Assembly (NCBI RefSeq): GCF_006345805.1
Contig: NW_021835083.1
Coordinates: 1-64,000 of the forward strand
Length of the DNA stretch: 64,000 nucleotides
Direction: 5' to 3'
DNA from: Octopus sinensis
Taxonomy: Eukaryota
Shown: piece by piece, positions 30,330 through 43,360 of the stretch
Numbering within the stretch: the first letter of the stretch is position 1
Layout: each line of letters starts with the position of its first letter
Notes under the pieces: model-generated
The model's input: the letters and a program-made list of their open reading frames with translations, nothing else
What the model was told of the DNA's origin: nothing
The model's database searches: none
Program-made: the position numbers and the translations under genes

Positions 30330-30590
30330 AGTAATTCCTCTCTCTTACACATCCATGAAATTATCGTTCTTGCTTCCATCCTTCATCAGCAACAGTACAC
30401 TCCCCCGCTAACATTGCTGCCGTTGTTTCCAGTTTTGATAGAGGCTTGCTACGAAACCAGCCAGCAAATAAGTCGTTTATTTATAAAATGTTTAGGGTGG
30501 ACCAGGCAATTTGTCCCTAGCATGGCCACTTACCGCGGACATTATCTCGACTGCTGCAATCGATCTTCCACAACACTCAACTTTTAGCGA
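30330..30590 (+). mobile_element. Possible highly degraded CR1/L2-like LINE 3' end
   Basis: Weak resemblance only (FVPS... and LTADIISTAAIDL in mixed frames). Confidence 0.25.
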
Positions 30591-31380
30591 CGTAAAGCCA
30601 GAGTAAGGAGTCAAAGTATGGACTTAATTCTACAGTCCCCAGTCAACAAATATCTTTAGACTGTTGCGAAAAGTACTGCAGAAGAACAACACAGATGTGG
30701 ATCAAATCAAAATGCAAGTTCCTGTTACACCCTGTGAATAACGTAATTGCATCAATTTTCGTATATCACATATGTACCGCAGGGGCTAGTGTGACGACAT
30801 TCGCATTGTCGTGTCTAACTCGCACAATGCAATCTTCAAATTTTTGCGATGAGTAAATAGTGGAGAGCCATTTTCGCTCCTAGTATGTCCGTTGTTTTGC
30901 CTTTTTTAATCGTCATTTCCTAATTTGGGGACTAGCTCCCTTTTTTAATTTATTACTTTCTATTGCAATCATCTTTGCTCTGACTCATTTATTCTACACT
31001 AATGGCACCGTTCAGAGAGACCACCTTGGCGATGAGGTTATATATCATTGCACAGTCGATAACTAACAAAACAAAACAAGGCAGGTATGAATAAAGACAT
31101 CTGACACCTAAGTAGCAAGCGAGATGTAACAGTCCTCAAAAGAGAAGGAGGAGGGATCCGTGAAATCCAAGACCTTTGAGAACGACCGGAAATCAGAGCT
31201 GAGAGCAGAAGATTTTTGGTTGTAGTACAGATCCAAATCCTTCTCACTAGAAACTACACAACACCCATCTCCAACCACACACACACACACACACACACAC
31301 ACATGCGCATTAATAACGTAGACCACAAAAGTAACTGCTGAATATGTGGAAGATGTGAAGAAATAATATATCACATTCTT

Positions 31381-31780
31381 TTGTTTTGCTGCACAAAAAA
31401 GAGTATGTGCTCACAAATCTGATAGAGCTGGATCATGCTTACATTGCAAGTTATAAAACATCTAGAAAAAAGAAGGAAAAAAAATCAGATGGTATATAAA
31501 CGCATTCCACAAATGTTCAGGAAGAATGACAAATTGACCGTAGTCAAGGACATGCCAGTTTACTGCAACTGGGAGATTAAGGAAAATCGACTAGATATTA
31601 TTGTTAAAACAAAAAAAAACAAGCAGGGAGAAACTTTCCCAATATAGATGTATCAATTGTAAAAGTTGACGATAAATCTCGCTAAATGAAAAAGAAAAAG
31701 AAAGTTGAGAAATTTATCCAAAAATAAAATCTGGAAATAGAGATAACCAGAATCTGGTGGTTTTGGAAACAGAAAAGAAA
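31381..31780 (+). mobile_element. Degraded R4-like RLE fragment
   Basis: DMPVYCNWEIKENRLDIIVK, IDVSI, and LEIEITRIW in mixed frames; parallels the intact RLE at 48791. Confidence 0.7.
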
Positions 31781-31789
31781 TCTACAACA

Positions 31790-31888
31790 CCGATGACGAT
31801 GATGACGACGATGATAACGATGATGATGATGATGACGACGACGATGATGATGATGATAATGATGACGACGACGACGACGACGACGATA

Positions 31889-31927
<39 letters not shown>

Positions 31928-32688
31928 GCGGTAGTGGTGGTGATGATGATGATGATGATGATGATGGTAGTGGTGATGATGATAGCGATGATGATGATGA
32001 TGATAATGATGATGATAATGATGATGATGATGATGATGAGGAGGAGGAGGAGGAGGACGACGACGACAACGATGATGACGACGGCAGCAACAACAACAGC
32101 AGCAGCAGCTACAACAACAACAGTAATGTTAAAAACGGGTGTCGTTTTTGAAAGATTAAATATATTTACAGGCAAATAGATAATCAAAACAGCAGGGGTT
32201 ACGAAATAAACCCAACATAGAGAAAACAGCACGCGTCACCCATTCATTGATTACGCTGTTTCCGACATAAAATGAAGCAGGCAAAAAATAAATAAATAAA
32301 TAAGTAAAACAATGCACGTTTATGAATGGGAAAATAACTAAAGATGGCTCCTACAGAGAAAACCTGCAACAAAAACAACAGCAAATGAATTGAAGTGGTA
32401 GTAGTAGTAGTAGTAATTGTAGTTGTAGCATTTTTAGTAGTAGTTGTTGTTATTGTAGTACTAGTAGCAGTAGTAGTAGTACTACTACTAGTAGTAGTGC
32501 TACTAGTAGTAGTAGTTGTTGTTGTTATTGTTGTAGTGGTAGTAGCAGTAGTGTTAGAAGTAGTAGTTGTGGTTATTGTAGTAGTGGTAATAGTAGTGGT
32601 AGAAGTAGTGGTATTAGTAGTAGTAGTAGTAGTTCCTGTTGTTATTGTTGTAGCGGCTGTTGTAGTAGTAGTGGTGGTGGTAGTAGTT

Positions 32689-32719
<31 letters not shown>

Positions 32720-32768
32720 GAGGAGGAGGAGGAGGAGGATGTGGAGCACCAGCAGCAGCAGCAGCAAC

Positions 32769-32818
<50 letters not shown>

Positions 32819-32820
32819 AT
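31790..32820. repeat. (GAT/GAC)n and (GTA/GTT)n triplet tracts
   Basis: Direct reading. Confidence 0.9.
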
Positions 32821-33584
32821 AAATGCCATGTAGAAAATATGATGTTGGTAATAACATAATAACAGGAGTAGAGTAAAATAAACGAAACCCCTCACTCCCC
32901 CACACCCCAAAACCGCCACTCAGAAAAACAAAATAAAGCAGAAAAAAAAAATCATATCAAACCATATGATAAACTATAATATCTCACTACCACCACCACC
33001 ACCACCACCATCACCATGACCAAGATAAGATATGGTGTAATATGTAATAAGAGAAAATTACACACTAACATTACAACTTCTATGACGACGGACGGCGTGA
33101 ATTATATCGTTTATTTGTACGGAAAGAATCTAAGGTCGTACGAAGGCAAAACCATTTACTTTCGCTGGTTTTAGCGCAGTAAGGATATTATAGATAAATT
33201 TTATCCCCGTTCTCAATTCTGGTGGTAATTTCGTTTCGTTTTCTTTCTCTGTTTTCGTTTTTATATATGCTTCGTTTTGGTAGTTTTGATTTGTAGTTTT
33301 TCGATTTTCGCTGTGTTTTTTTTTTACAGTATTTGTTTTTGTATTTGTGTTTGTATTTGTTTTTGTGCTTGTTTTATAATTTGTTTCTTTATTACATGAA
33401 GTGGTTTCAATAATTCTTGAGGATTTTATTTAGAAACTAATCATTATCGTTGTAGATATTTTATCGCAGGCTATAAAAGATTGGAGCTTCAGAAGTAGAT
33501 AAATGTGTGTGGGGAGATTGTGTGTGTGTGTGTGAGCGTGGGTATACATACATACATTCATACATACATTCATACATACATACA

Positions 33585-33620
<36 letters not shown>

Positions 33621-33714
33621 TATAGACACACACAAATACGTATGTATGTGTATGATTATATGCATGTGTGTGTATTTCAGTAAATGTATACATACGTACA
33701 GCCATATATATATA

Positions 33715-33762
<48 letters not shown>

Positions 33763-33840
33763 TATACATGTGTGTGTGTGTATGTGTGTAGTATGTGTAA
33801 ATATAGAGACATACATATATGTGAATGTGTATTTATACTC

Positions 33841-33884
<44 letters not shown>

Positions 33885-34468
33885 ATATATATATACGTAT
33901 GTATTATCTAAGTATATCAGAATATGGGATAAATATGTAGAAGATTCTAGATTTTAGTAGATTCTTGCAAAGGACAACATAAAATGATTTTGGAAAACTG
34001 CTGCTTGTCATCTTATTGTTGTTGTTTTATTTGGAATCTTCACTGTCTGAAATTAAGGTAACTTTTTTTTTTATTCAGACATAAATACTGAGGAAGAAAG
34101 ATTCTCAGAATAATGGAGATGGTCGGGTGTATTGCGGATATTTTGCGTTACGTCACTTGAGATTTGTTTGTTCAAATCCCGCTCAGATTAGCCAGTGGTA
34201 AAGTATCAGTGTGCAACGAATTAACAACATTAAAATACAAAGGTCTAGAGAAGTTTGGTAAGTTCCATTGCATTGAGAACTGACTAATTGATCAATCTAA
34301 GGTCTCACCGAAAACGAAGGGCAACGGCCTAAAATGTTATATTCTCAGCCCTTCATTTCAAATGAAATTATTACACTTGATATGAACAACTCATCACTGA
34401 TAAAGACAATAAACCACTTTTGTCTGATCCCGGACTTTAGCCGTCGGATTAAAATTTTTTTAATATGC

Positions 34469-34870
34469 AGGCGCAGGAGTGGCTGTGTGGTATGTAGCTT
34501 GCTTACCAACCACATGATTACGGGTTCATTCCCACTGCGTGGCACCTTGGGCAAGTGTCTTCTACTATAGCCTCGAGCCGACCAAAACCTTGTGTGTGGA
34601 TTTGGTAGACGGAAACTGAAAGGAGCGCGTCATATATATGTATATATATGTGTATGTGTGTTTTTATGTTTGTGTGTCTGTGTTTGCTCCCTTCCCCCAA
34701 CATCACTTGACAACCGATGGTGGTGTGTTTACGTAACCGTAACTTAGCGGTTCGGCAAAAGAGACCGATAAAATAAGTACTAGGCTTACAAAGAATAAGT
34801 CGATTTGCTCGAGTAAAGGCGGTGCTCCAGCATGGCCACAGTCAAATGCCTGAAACAATTAAAAGAATAA
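34469..34870 (+). mobile_element. SINE family B, full length
   Basis: aggcgcaggagtggctgtgtgg head, ccttgggcaagtgtcttc core, internal TA/TG tract, ccagcatggccacagtcaaatg tail. Confidence 0.93.
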
Positions 34871-35429
34871 TACTGAACCTCAAGAAGTGAAACCATTAAT
34901 GTCGAATGACATTAGGAACAAAACCGTTCCATTCAAAACATCCCGTCTTTTTGTATATCTTTGGATATATTGTCCAATGTGTCTCTTTTAAAATAAGATG
35001 ATAGTGTGATTAAAAGGGAGTTTGTTGCTAACTTTATTGGGGTCAGCAAGCTTCTTGAAACTTCGTCGAGTGTTATATCGAAAGATTATAACATTCAGCC
35101 ATGATGCTTGCCATCGCATTTACTTAAAACAGTAGCAGTATTTTCTAGATTAGACACGACGGCTTTGTGATTTACAAAAATAAATGTCAAGTGGTGACTG
35201 TGATTTTCATGCCTTATTTCATTCAGAACTAGTAGTGAAGCAGATGAAGCAATTCAAGGTAAAGTGAGTTGAAATTGAAACTAATTCTCGCTCTTGAAAC
35301 TCCTTACTGGAGTTCGACAACAGATTTTTTTGTTCCGATACTCCAACATCTGATAGGATAACAGAGAAGCCATCGTGACATACGACGTGCTTTGTGTGTT
35401 TTTAAACTGGCGGAATGTATCACTTTCCA

Positions 35430-35630
35430 AATTTGGTCACAGAAGATTTGTCTTATAAAAAGAGCAACAAACAGAGAAAAATCGACTCTAGTATTTTATT
35501 TATCGACCCTGGAAAGCGAAAAGTTAATATAAATGCCGATGTTACTTGAACCAGAACTCGGCAACGAAAGCTGCAAGCAAATCTATCCGATACCTCTGAC
35601 GACACTTCTAAATCGCTACTTATATCACTA
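35430..35630 (-). mobile_element. Highly degraded SINE family A
   Basis: tattttatttatcgaccctggaaag and ttgaaccagaac remnants. Confidence 0.45.
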
Positions 35631-36238
35631 GAGCATATATCTGGGATTTACTTAACCAATTAAACTTAAATCGAGGACACCCAGGGACTAAAAACTGATA
35701 GGTCAATCCTGTTTCTACCAGATTTCTCCTATTGTCCCGAAATTGCCTTTTTTTTTTTTTTTTTTGGTTTTGTTAAATTTTTCCAACAGAATCACGAACA
35801 GTCAAGAGAACTAACTCCAACATCTTACTAATATTATTGTATTTTTCGTTACTTTTCCTTTAACAAGAATTTACATTGACTCTATGAAAGGACTGATCGC
35901 TAAGTGGATAGCGTACCAGATACAATGACGTGAGATCAGTAGTTCGCCCCCATTCATCGGCGCAGCAACTGTATTTGTAATAAAGTCACCTAAATCAGAA
36001 ATGGCTAAGTCCAGCTTGCTAAACTAAGAACAACTCGGCAATGTAAGAAACGGCAACGATGTAGCATTAGTAATTGATTGCTTAATTTACATTCTAACTA
36101 TGAGACCAACTGCTACTGGAAGTATATATATCCCAAAAGAAAGAGCCTGTGCCATGTAAGCTGACATTACTCCAGACATTCTCGATCAGAGAGAAGCAGA
36201 GAAAGGAAGAAATAATGATAATAATAATAATAATATTA

Positions 36239-36304
<66 letters not shown>

Positions 36305-36339
36305 ATAATAATAATAATAATCACAATAATAACAATAAC

Positions 36340-36376
<37 letters not shown>

Positions 36377-37039
36377 TAATAATAATAATAATAATAATAA
36401 TTCAAAATCTGATGATAAGAATTGAAAAAAGTTAAAAGCAAGCAAAATAAGGTAAAAGAAACGGAAGGAAAGAATAAAGGAAAGGAAAAGTACCACGTGA
36501 GGTCAAAGATTTTTCGAAACAACAAACCAAATTTTTACGTTACCGTGATGTAGAAAAAAAAAATCCCTTCAGTTTTATTGGATAGAATCAAAATTTAAAA
36601 CGAAAGAAAATATAAATAAAATGAAAACAAAAAAAACAAATATAGATGGAAGATAAAAGAATTTCATAACAAAAGCTTGACAAAAGCGCATTACAACAAG
36701 AGGAAAAAAATGACAGAGACAAAGAGAGATTGAACAAGGGTGAGTAAGAGAGAAAAAGAGAGAGAGAAAGAGAGAGTGGGGAGACAGTGGTGGGCAGAGA
36801 AAAGAGCAAAGCAATGCTTTGCTTCTGTGACGTTCGCAAATCTACCCGTTATTTCAGTCGTATCGTTAGAAATGTGAGCGAATGGGTGAGTGAGTTTTGT
36901 TATTGAGTCAAACATTATATTCTCACCAAAATATTTAACAAAAGCAGAAAAGAACAGAGCAGAAGCAACGGCATAACTAAAGAGCAAAAAGCAGGAAAAA
37001 CCTTTAAAAATGTGTCCTTCCGAATCTACGGTGGCTTGT

Positions 37040-37627
37040 AACAGTAGCAGTAGTAGTAGTAGTAGTATGTATGTATGTATGTATGTATGTATGTATGTAT
37101 GTATGTATGTATGTATGTATGTATGTATGTATATGTGTATATATGTATATGTGTGTATGTATGTATGTATATGTGTATATATGTATGTATAAATATCTAT
37201 ATTCGTATGTATGTATGTATCTATTTTATCTATCTATATATATGTATGTATTTGTAATTCTATATATGCATATATATACTTATGTAAAAATAAACACAAA
37301 AATACACAGTTACATATATATATATATATACATACATATATTTCCACACACATATATGCATACATACATATATATATTTATATACATATATTTGTATACA
37401 TATAGATAAATATATATATATATTTATATATACATGTATATATGCTTATATGTATACATATGTATGAATATAATATGTTATATTATGTTATATATATTAT
37501 ACTATACTACATATATATATGAAAACGTATATATGTGCATCTATATCGGTAAATATATAGATGTACATATACATACATCTATATGTATGTATATACTTAT
37601 GCATATATATATATGTATGTATATACT

Positions 37628-37660
<33 letters not shown>

Positions 37661-38027
37661 ATATATATATATTATATATATATATACGTATATGAGTGAG
37701 TGATTTTTCGTTATGTTATTCAGTCAACAAATTTCATTCTATCACCCAAATGCGACGACGACCTACAACCATTGAAACCTTCCTAGCGTGAATGTCTGTG
37801 TTCTTTATCGTCAAATGTAAATGTAAAAATGGGTTTTATTGAATAAAAATGAAAATCTAATTAGTGAACTATTAGTGCTAGTGTGAAAAGAAACATAATT
37901 AGTTAGCTTTAATTCACTTAATAACAACATTTCTATCGTCATTCAAAAAGTCTGATCGTGCTTGCAGTAAAATGTTCAAAGGAATAACAGACAAACGTAA
38001 AACGCGAAACGTAAAGCGAAAAAAAAC

Positions 38028-38064
<37 letters not shown>

Positions 38065-39759
38065 TAATAATAATAATAATAATGATACTATATAAAGATG
38101 GCTACTCGATAGATGGAAGTTAGATAGGAATATAAAATGGAATTATTATTATTATCATTATTATCATTATTATCATCTTTATTATTATTATTATTAGTAT
38201 CATTATTATTATTAATAATAATAATATTATCATTATTATTATTGTTGTTGATGTTATTATTAATATTGATGTTTCGGGGAAATACACCTGTAATGATCAA
38301 ACGCATACATAATATTGGATATGTGGGTGTGTGTATACATATAGGTGTATGTACACGTGTACGTATGTGTGTATGCATATATGAGTTATATAAGCTTATA
38401 TGTGTTTGAGCCTATATGTGATTTGCATACTGATTCAAACACATTGCACACACAGATTCATATGTAATGTGTCATACATATACACATACATACATCCGTG
38501 ATGAGGGATACACAGAGATATCAAGTAAGAGGGACATACACGAATAAGTGTGTTTGTGTGAGTGCCTGTATGTATACTTAGATGTATGCTCATATGCATA
38601 CGCATGTGGACATATGTATGTGTATAACTATGTATTTAGATATTAACCATGAAAATGTATATACATATATGTATGCCTGAATGCATACAAACACGCATTA
38701 ATATCACACACTTCCTTGCATAAACATATATGTGTCTGTGTGTATGTGTATTTGTGTATGTATTTATTGTTTATGTATGTATTTATGTACATATTTATGT
38801 ATGTATGCACGTATGCATGTTAGTATGTATGCACGTATGCATGTATGTATGTATGAATGTACGTATGCATGTATGTATGTATGAATGTACGTATGCATGT
38901 ACGTATGTATGTACGAATGTATTTATGTATGTATATATTTATGTATGTATGCATGTATGTATGTATGCATGGTCGAATGTATCTATGTACGAATGTCTGT
39001 ATATATTTATGTATGTATTTATGTATGTATGTGTGTATGTATGTATGTATGTATGTATACATGTATGTATGTATGCATGTATGTATATATGCATGGTTGA
39101 ATATATCTATGCGCGAATGTCTGTATATATTTATGTATGTATGTATGCATGCATGCATGTATGTACGAATGTATTTATGTATGCATGTATGTATGTATGT
39201 ATGCATGTATGTATGCATGCATGCATGTATGTATGTATGTATGCATGCATCTATGTATGTATATATGTATGGTTGAATATATCTCTGTATATATTTATGT
39301 ATGTGTTTATGTGTTTATGTGTGTGTGAATGTATGTATGTATGTATGTATGTACACGCACATACATGCATAGATCCTTACATACACGCCTAGATCTACAT
39401 ATAATCTTACAAAGTGACATATAAATGCATTAATTGGAAATCGAAATATAAATAAATAATAAATGAACGAATTCAAAAGCCTCAGAGAAGCAAAGCTAAT
39501 CACAACAACAAAAATACAACAACAAAGCCAACAAAAACAACAAATACTAACAATAATAATGGCCGCCGCTACAAAATAATCAACTGCCAGAACAATCACA
39601 CATCTACAACAAGAGCAACGTGAATTACCATTAAATTTCAACCACCCGCCACACCTACCTCTTATCTCTCTAAAATGGTTTCACTTTTAATGGATTGCAA
39701 TATTTGTGATTATTTTTCCGCAATATATTCGAAATATATTTACAGGCTGACGTGATGGA

Positions 39760-39815
<56 letters not shown>

Positions 39816-39863
39816 CATCATTGCTATCAATATGATCATGATCATTGTTATTATCATTATTAC

Positions 39864-39899
<36 letters not shown>

Positions 39900-39900
39900 A
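37040..39900. repeat. Compound (ATGT)n/(ATGC)n/(TA)n/(AAT)n/(ATT)n region
   Basis: Direct reading. A weak higher-order unit (atggttgaatatatct...ctgtatatatttatg) recurs near 38970, 39090 and 39270. Confidence 0.85.
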
Positions 39901-40199
39901 AGATTACACTGTTAAAAGTTTCGGGCTTTAAGCTAATAAGATGTTTTATTGTACTGTTCTTACCTGTAGCAACGGATAATTATTATGTTAATTGTTATAA
40001 CTCATAATTGTTACTTAACTTTACGTATTAAAAATGGGGTCTTTATTTGCATATTCTGTTTTATTTTATTACATTTTTTCTCGACTAATTGTAAATTCTC
40101 TAAATTATTATTTAAAAATGAAATGGCATATAGGGACTTCATGCCTTGTCTAAAAGAGAATGCTGAGAGAGTGAGTCAAAATGGGGTTATGTTAATATC

Positions 40200-40426
40200 T
40201 ATTTCTTAATTACCCACAAGGGGCTAAACACAGAGAGGACAAACAAGGACAGACATAGGTATTAAGTCGATTACATCGACCCCAGTGCGTAACTGGTACT
40301 TAATTTATCGACCCCGAAAGGATGAAAGGCAAAGTCGACCTCGGCGGAATTTGAACTCACAACGTAACGGCAGACGAATTACTGCTAAGCATTTCGCCCG
40401 GCGTGCTAACGTTTCTGCCAGCTCGC
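40200..40426 (-). mobile_element. SINE family A, well preserved
   Basis: Minus strand: gcgagctggcagaaacgttagcacgccgggcgaaatgc...gaggtcgactttgcctttcatcctttcggggtcgataaattaagtaccag. Confidence 0.95.
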
Positions 40427-40760
40427 AGGAGTGGCTGTGTGGTAAGTGGCTTTCTTACCAACCATATGGTTTTGGGTTCAGTCTCACTGCGAGGCACCTT
40501 GGGCAGGTGTCTTCTACTTTAGCCTCGGGCCGATCGAAGCCTTGTGAGTGGATTTGGTAGACGGAAACTGAAAGAAGCCCGTCGTATACATATATGTATG
40601 AATGTATGTATGTATTATGTATGTATGTATGTATGTATGCGTGTGCATATGTTTATTTGTGTGTTTTTCCCCCACCATCGTTTGACAACCAATGCTAGTG
40701 TGTTTACATCCCCGTAACCTAGCGTTTCGGTAAAAGAGACCGATAGAATCACTAATAGGC
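40425..40760 (+). mobile_element. SINE family B, 3'-truncated, head-to-head with the preceding family A copy
   Basis: gcaggagtggctgtgtggtaag...ccttgggcagg...gagaccgatagaat. Confidence 0.92.
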
Positions 40761-40842
40761 TTTCATTCATCTCATCAATGTATGTGTCCAGCCCGCAAGC
40801 TGCACTTTGTAATACCTTTATGGCAAATCTTAATGAATAAAA

Positions 40843-40983
40843 TAGCTTTCTTACCAACAACATGGTTCCGGGTTCAGTCTCACTGAGTGGCACCTTGGGC
40901 AAGTGTCTTCTACTAAAGCCTCGGGCCAACCAAAACCTTGTTAGTGGATTTGGTAGACGGAAATTGAAATAACCCCCTTCGTA

Positions 40984-41047
<64 letters not shown>

Positions 41048-41256
41048 TGTGTATATGTTTGTGTGTCTGTGTTTGTCCCCCCAACAACGCTTGACAACCA
41101 GTGGTGGTGTGTCTACGTCCCCATCACCTAGCAGTTCGGCAAAAAGTGGCCGATAGAATAAGTACTAATTCCTGGTGTCGATTTTATTCGACTAAAGGTG
41201 ATGCTCCAGCATGACCGCAGTCAAACGACTGAAACACGTAAAAAGAGTAAGAGTAT
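40843..41256 (+). mobile_element. SINE family B, slightly 5'-truncated
   Basis: catggttccgggttcagtctcac...ccttgggcaagtgtcttc...aaaagagtaagagtat tail. Confidence 0.92.
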
Positions 41257-41406
41257 ACCCCAAAAATTGCAGACATTGGGACAAAATTTGAATCCTTAGC
41301 GTCTACATTTCATCCAACCAAGGTCGATAAGAAAGTATCAATTGAACACTGTGTTCGATATAATAGTCTAACTCCACCACCACCACTAAAATTGCTGTCA
41401 TTGTGT

Positions 41407-41810
41407 CAATGAAACATGGACACTAACAGAAATTATCAAACGGGTTAAATGGATGCTATACAAGGATGCTACGAATGGCCCTAAACTCGAAATAGCAGCA
41501 ACATAGGATAAATGAATGCCTTTATGGAGACCTGCCGAAAGTTAATGACAAGTTCAAGCAAACACAGCTGAGAGCTTCTGGTCACTGCGTGCACCACCTT
41601 GAAGGAGTATCACCCAAATTAGTATTGTGGAACCCACTTCATGATGATGTAAGAAGAAGAATATGTCGTCACATTTACATCGACAACTTTACTGCAGACA
41701 CTGACCTGGAATGTATCCAAAACCACCAGGCAGTGATGACAGACCGAGCAGAGTGGCGGGTAGACTTTGTTGTTGCGGCCCGGGTTGGAATCCGATCATA
41801 CTAAAGAATA
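41407..41810 (+). mobile_element. RTE/RTEX-like LINE 3' fragment
   Basis: ETWTLT...NGCYTRMLRMALN...NECLYGDLPKV...GHCVHH...KLVLWNPLH...YIDNF...MTDRAEWR, matching the C-terminal part of the RTE RT. Confidence 0.8.
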
Positions 41811-42029
41811 ATTGTGTCATAATTTGAAATAAATATTGTTCAAGACTCACTGAAATTATATTGTGGTGTTTGTTTTACATGCTAAATTATCCCTTGTTAT
41901 AGAATTTTCATTACTGTTATAAGCTGCCATATCGCCATTATGAAATGGCGAAAGCTATAACGAACGCTGATGAAGCTGGAGGCAGCTATGTTCACAGTTG
42001 TGTGATTTGATTGTTAGGCCAGGCAATAA

Positions 42030-42240
42030 TCGCTTCTAAATTAGGATCAAAGTCAGCAATTTTTCAGGATAAGGGAGTTAGTTGATACTATTGAACGCAG
42101 TACTTGATTAGTACTTCATTTTACGAACCTCGAAAATATGTAAGACAAAAGTGACCTTGGTTGAATTTGAACTCTGCACATAAAAAGCTGAAGCAAGTAC
42201 TATAAACTATTTTTCGGACCCTCTAATAACACTCTCATCT
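42030..42240 (-). mobile_element. Highly degraded SINE family A
   Basis: gtacttcattttacgaacctcgaaa...gtgaccttggttgaatttgaactc remnants. Confidence 0.5.
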
Positions 42241-42282
42241 CAATGTCAGCTGATCACTAATAGTTTCACCTTAACGTATATA

Positions 42283-42834
42283 TAGGGTTGTCCGGAAAGT
42301 TCGTGCTGATTTTTAAAGGAAAGAAAAATGTCAATAAATACTTGCCATTACATTTTTAATCAACCAAATATGAAGCATTTTTTTGCACAATGCGTCTCCA
42401 TCTTTCCTTTAACTTGAAAAAACACTCTTCCCAGAATTGAGGTGGTTTCATGGCAAAGAATTCATCAAGGTATCTTTTTATATCATCCAACGGATTGAAA
42501 TTTTTACCATTAAGACTATTCTGCAGAGACCTGAATAAGTGGAAATCCGAAGGAGTAAAATCTGGTGAATATGGAGGGTGGGGTGACATATCCCAGCCAC
42601 GCCGTAGCAATTTTTGTATGGTTGCAAGTGCCGAAAATGAACTTTCTTATCTTCTATTTTAAAGGGTTACAGAATTAATTCAGGTTATAGGAACATAAAC
42701 CTTCTTCCACGAAAAGATAGCTTAAACTGCTCTAAATGTTGTAGTCAAATTCTATTTTATGGACTCAACCATGTTCTAAAATAAGTCGAAAGATAAGCTA
42801 CTATAAATCGGCACGAACTGCCTGGACAACCCAA
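42283..42834 (-). mobile_element. Internally deleted mariner (DD34D-type) element, 552 bp, both TIRs and TA TSDs
   Basis: TIRs TAGGGTTGTCCGGAAAGTTCGTGCTGATTT and TTGGGTTGTCCAGGCAGTTCGTGCCGATTT match at 25/30, with TA flanks. N-terminal (I)EDKKVHFRHL is joined to C-terminal WDMSPHPPYSPDFTPSDFHLFRSLQN (YSPDLAPSD-type motif). Confidence 0.95.
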
Positions 42835-42880
42835 TATTTAACTCTACTCTAAATATTACTGATATTAAAAGCAATAACAG

Positions 42881-43115
42881 GGCGGCGAGCTGACAGAATC
42901 GTTATCGCACCGGGAAAAATGCTTAGCAGCATTTCATAACAGTCTTTCCGTTTTGAATTCAAATTCCGCTGAGGTCGTCTTTGCCTTTCATCCTTTCGGA
43001 ATCGTTAAAAAAAAACAACACCATTTGAGTACTGAGGTTGATGTAGTCAACATGCTCCCTCCCTATGAACTTGCTCGTTTTGTGCCAAAATTTGAAACCG
43101 ATATTAAAAAGCAAT
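42881..43115 (+). mobile_element. SINE family A
   Basis: ggcggcgagctgacagaatcg head, gaattcaaattccgctgaggtcgtctttgcctttcatcctttcgg. Confidence 0.9.
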
Positions 43116-43200
43116 GAAAATAATATCAAGCGAACATGTATTATGTTATTATAAATTGGTTTTTCTTTCTTTTCTTGTGGATCTTATTGTATTTTCTCAG

Positions 43201-43360
43201 AGACAATATTTCGCAACGTTATGAAAGAATTATGAGACGCTACGTGGTTCAGGCCTTTAAGGAAGCGAGGCGGAAGTTATACGGCGATTTGTATATCATA
43301 ACAATTTCATATACGGAACTCGTAGCTTGCGTAACAATGGCGTCCTCTCCAGTTTCATAA
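43201..43360 (+). other. Candidate coding exon (weak TRPC-like C-terminal helix similarity)
   Basis: Long pyrimidine tract ending ttttctcag at 43200, then an open frame DNISQRYERIMRRYVVQAFKEARRK. No strong donor site; the frame ends at a stop at 43358-43360. Confidence 0.25.

Noticed and set aside
41911-41995. Hammerhead-like parts (gccat/atggc stem, GAAAGCTA, CTGATGA, agctg/cagct stem)
   Set aside because: The elements are in the wrong order and no stem I closes. It is a self-complementary region but not a valid hammerhead topology.
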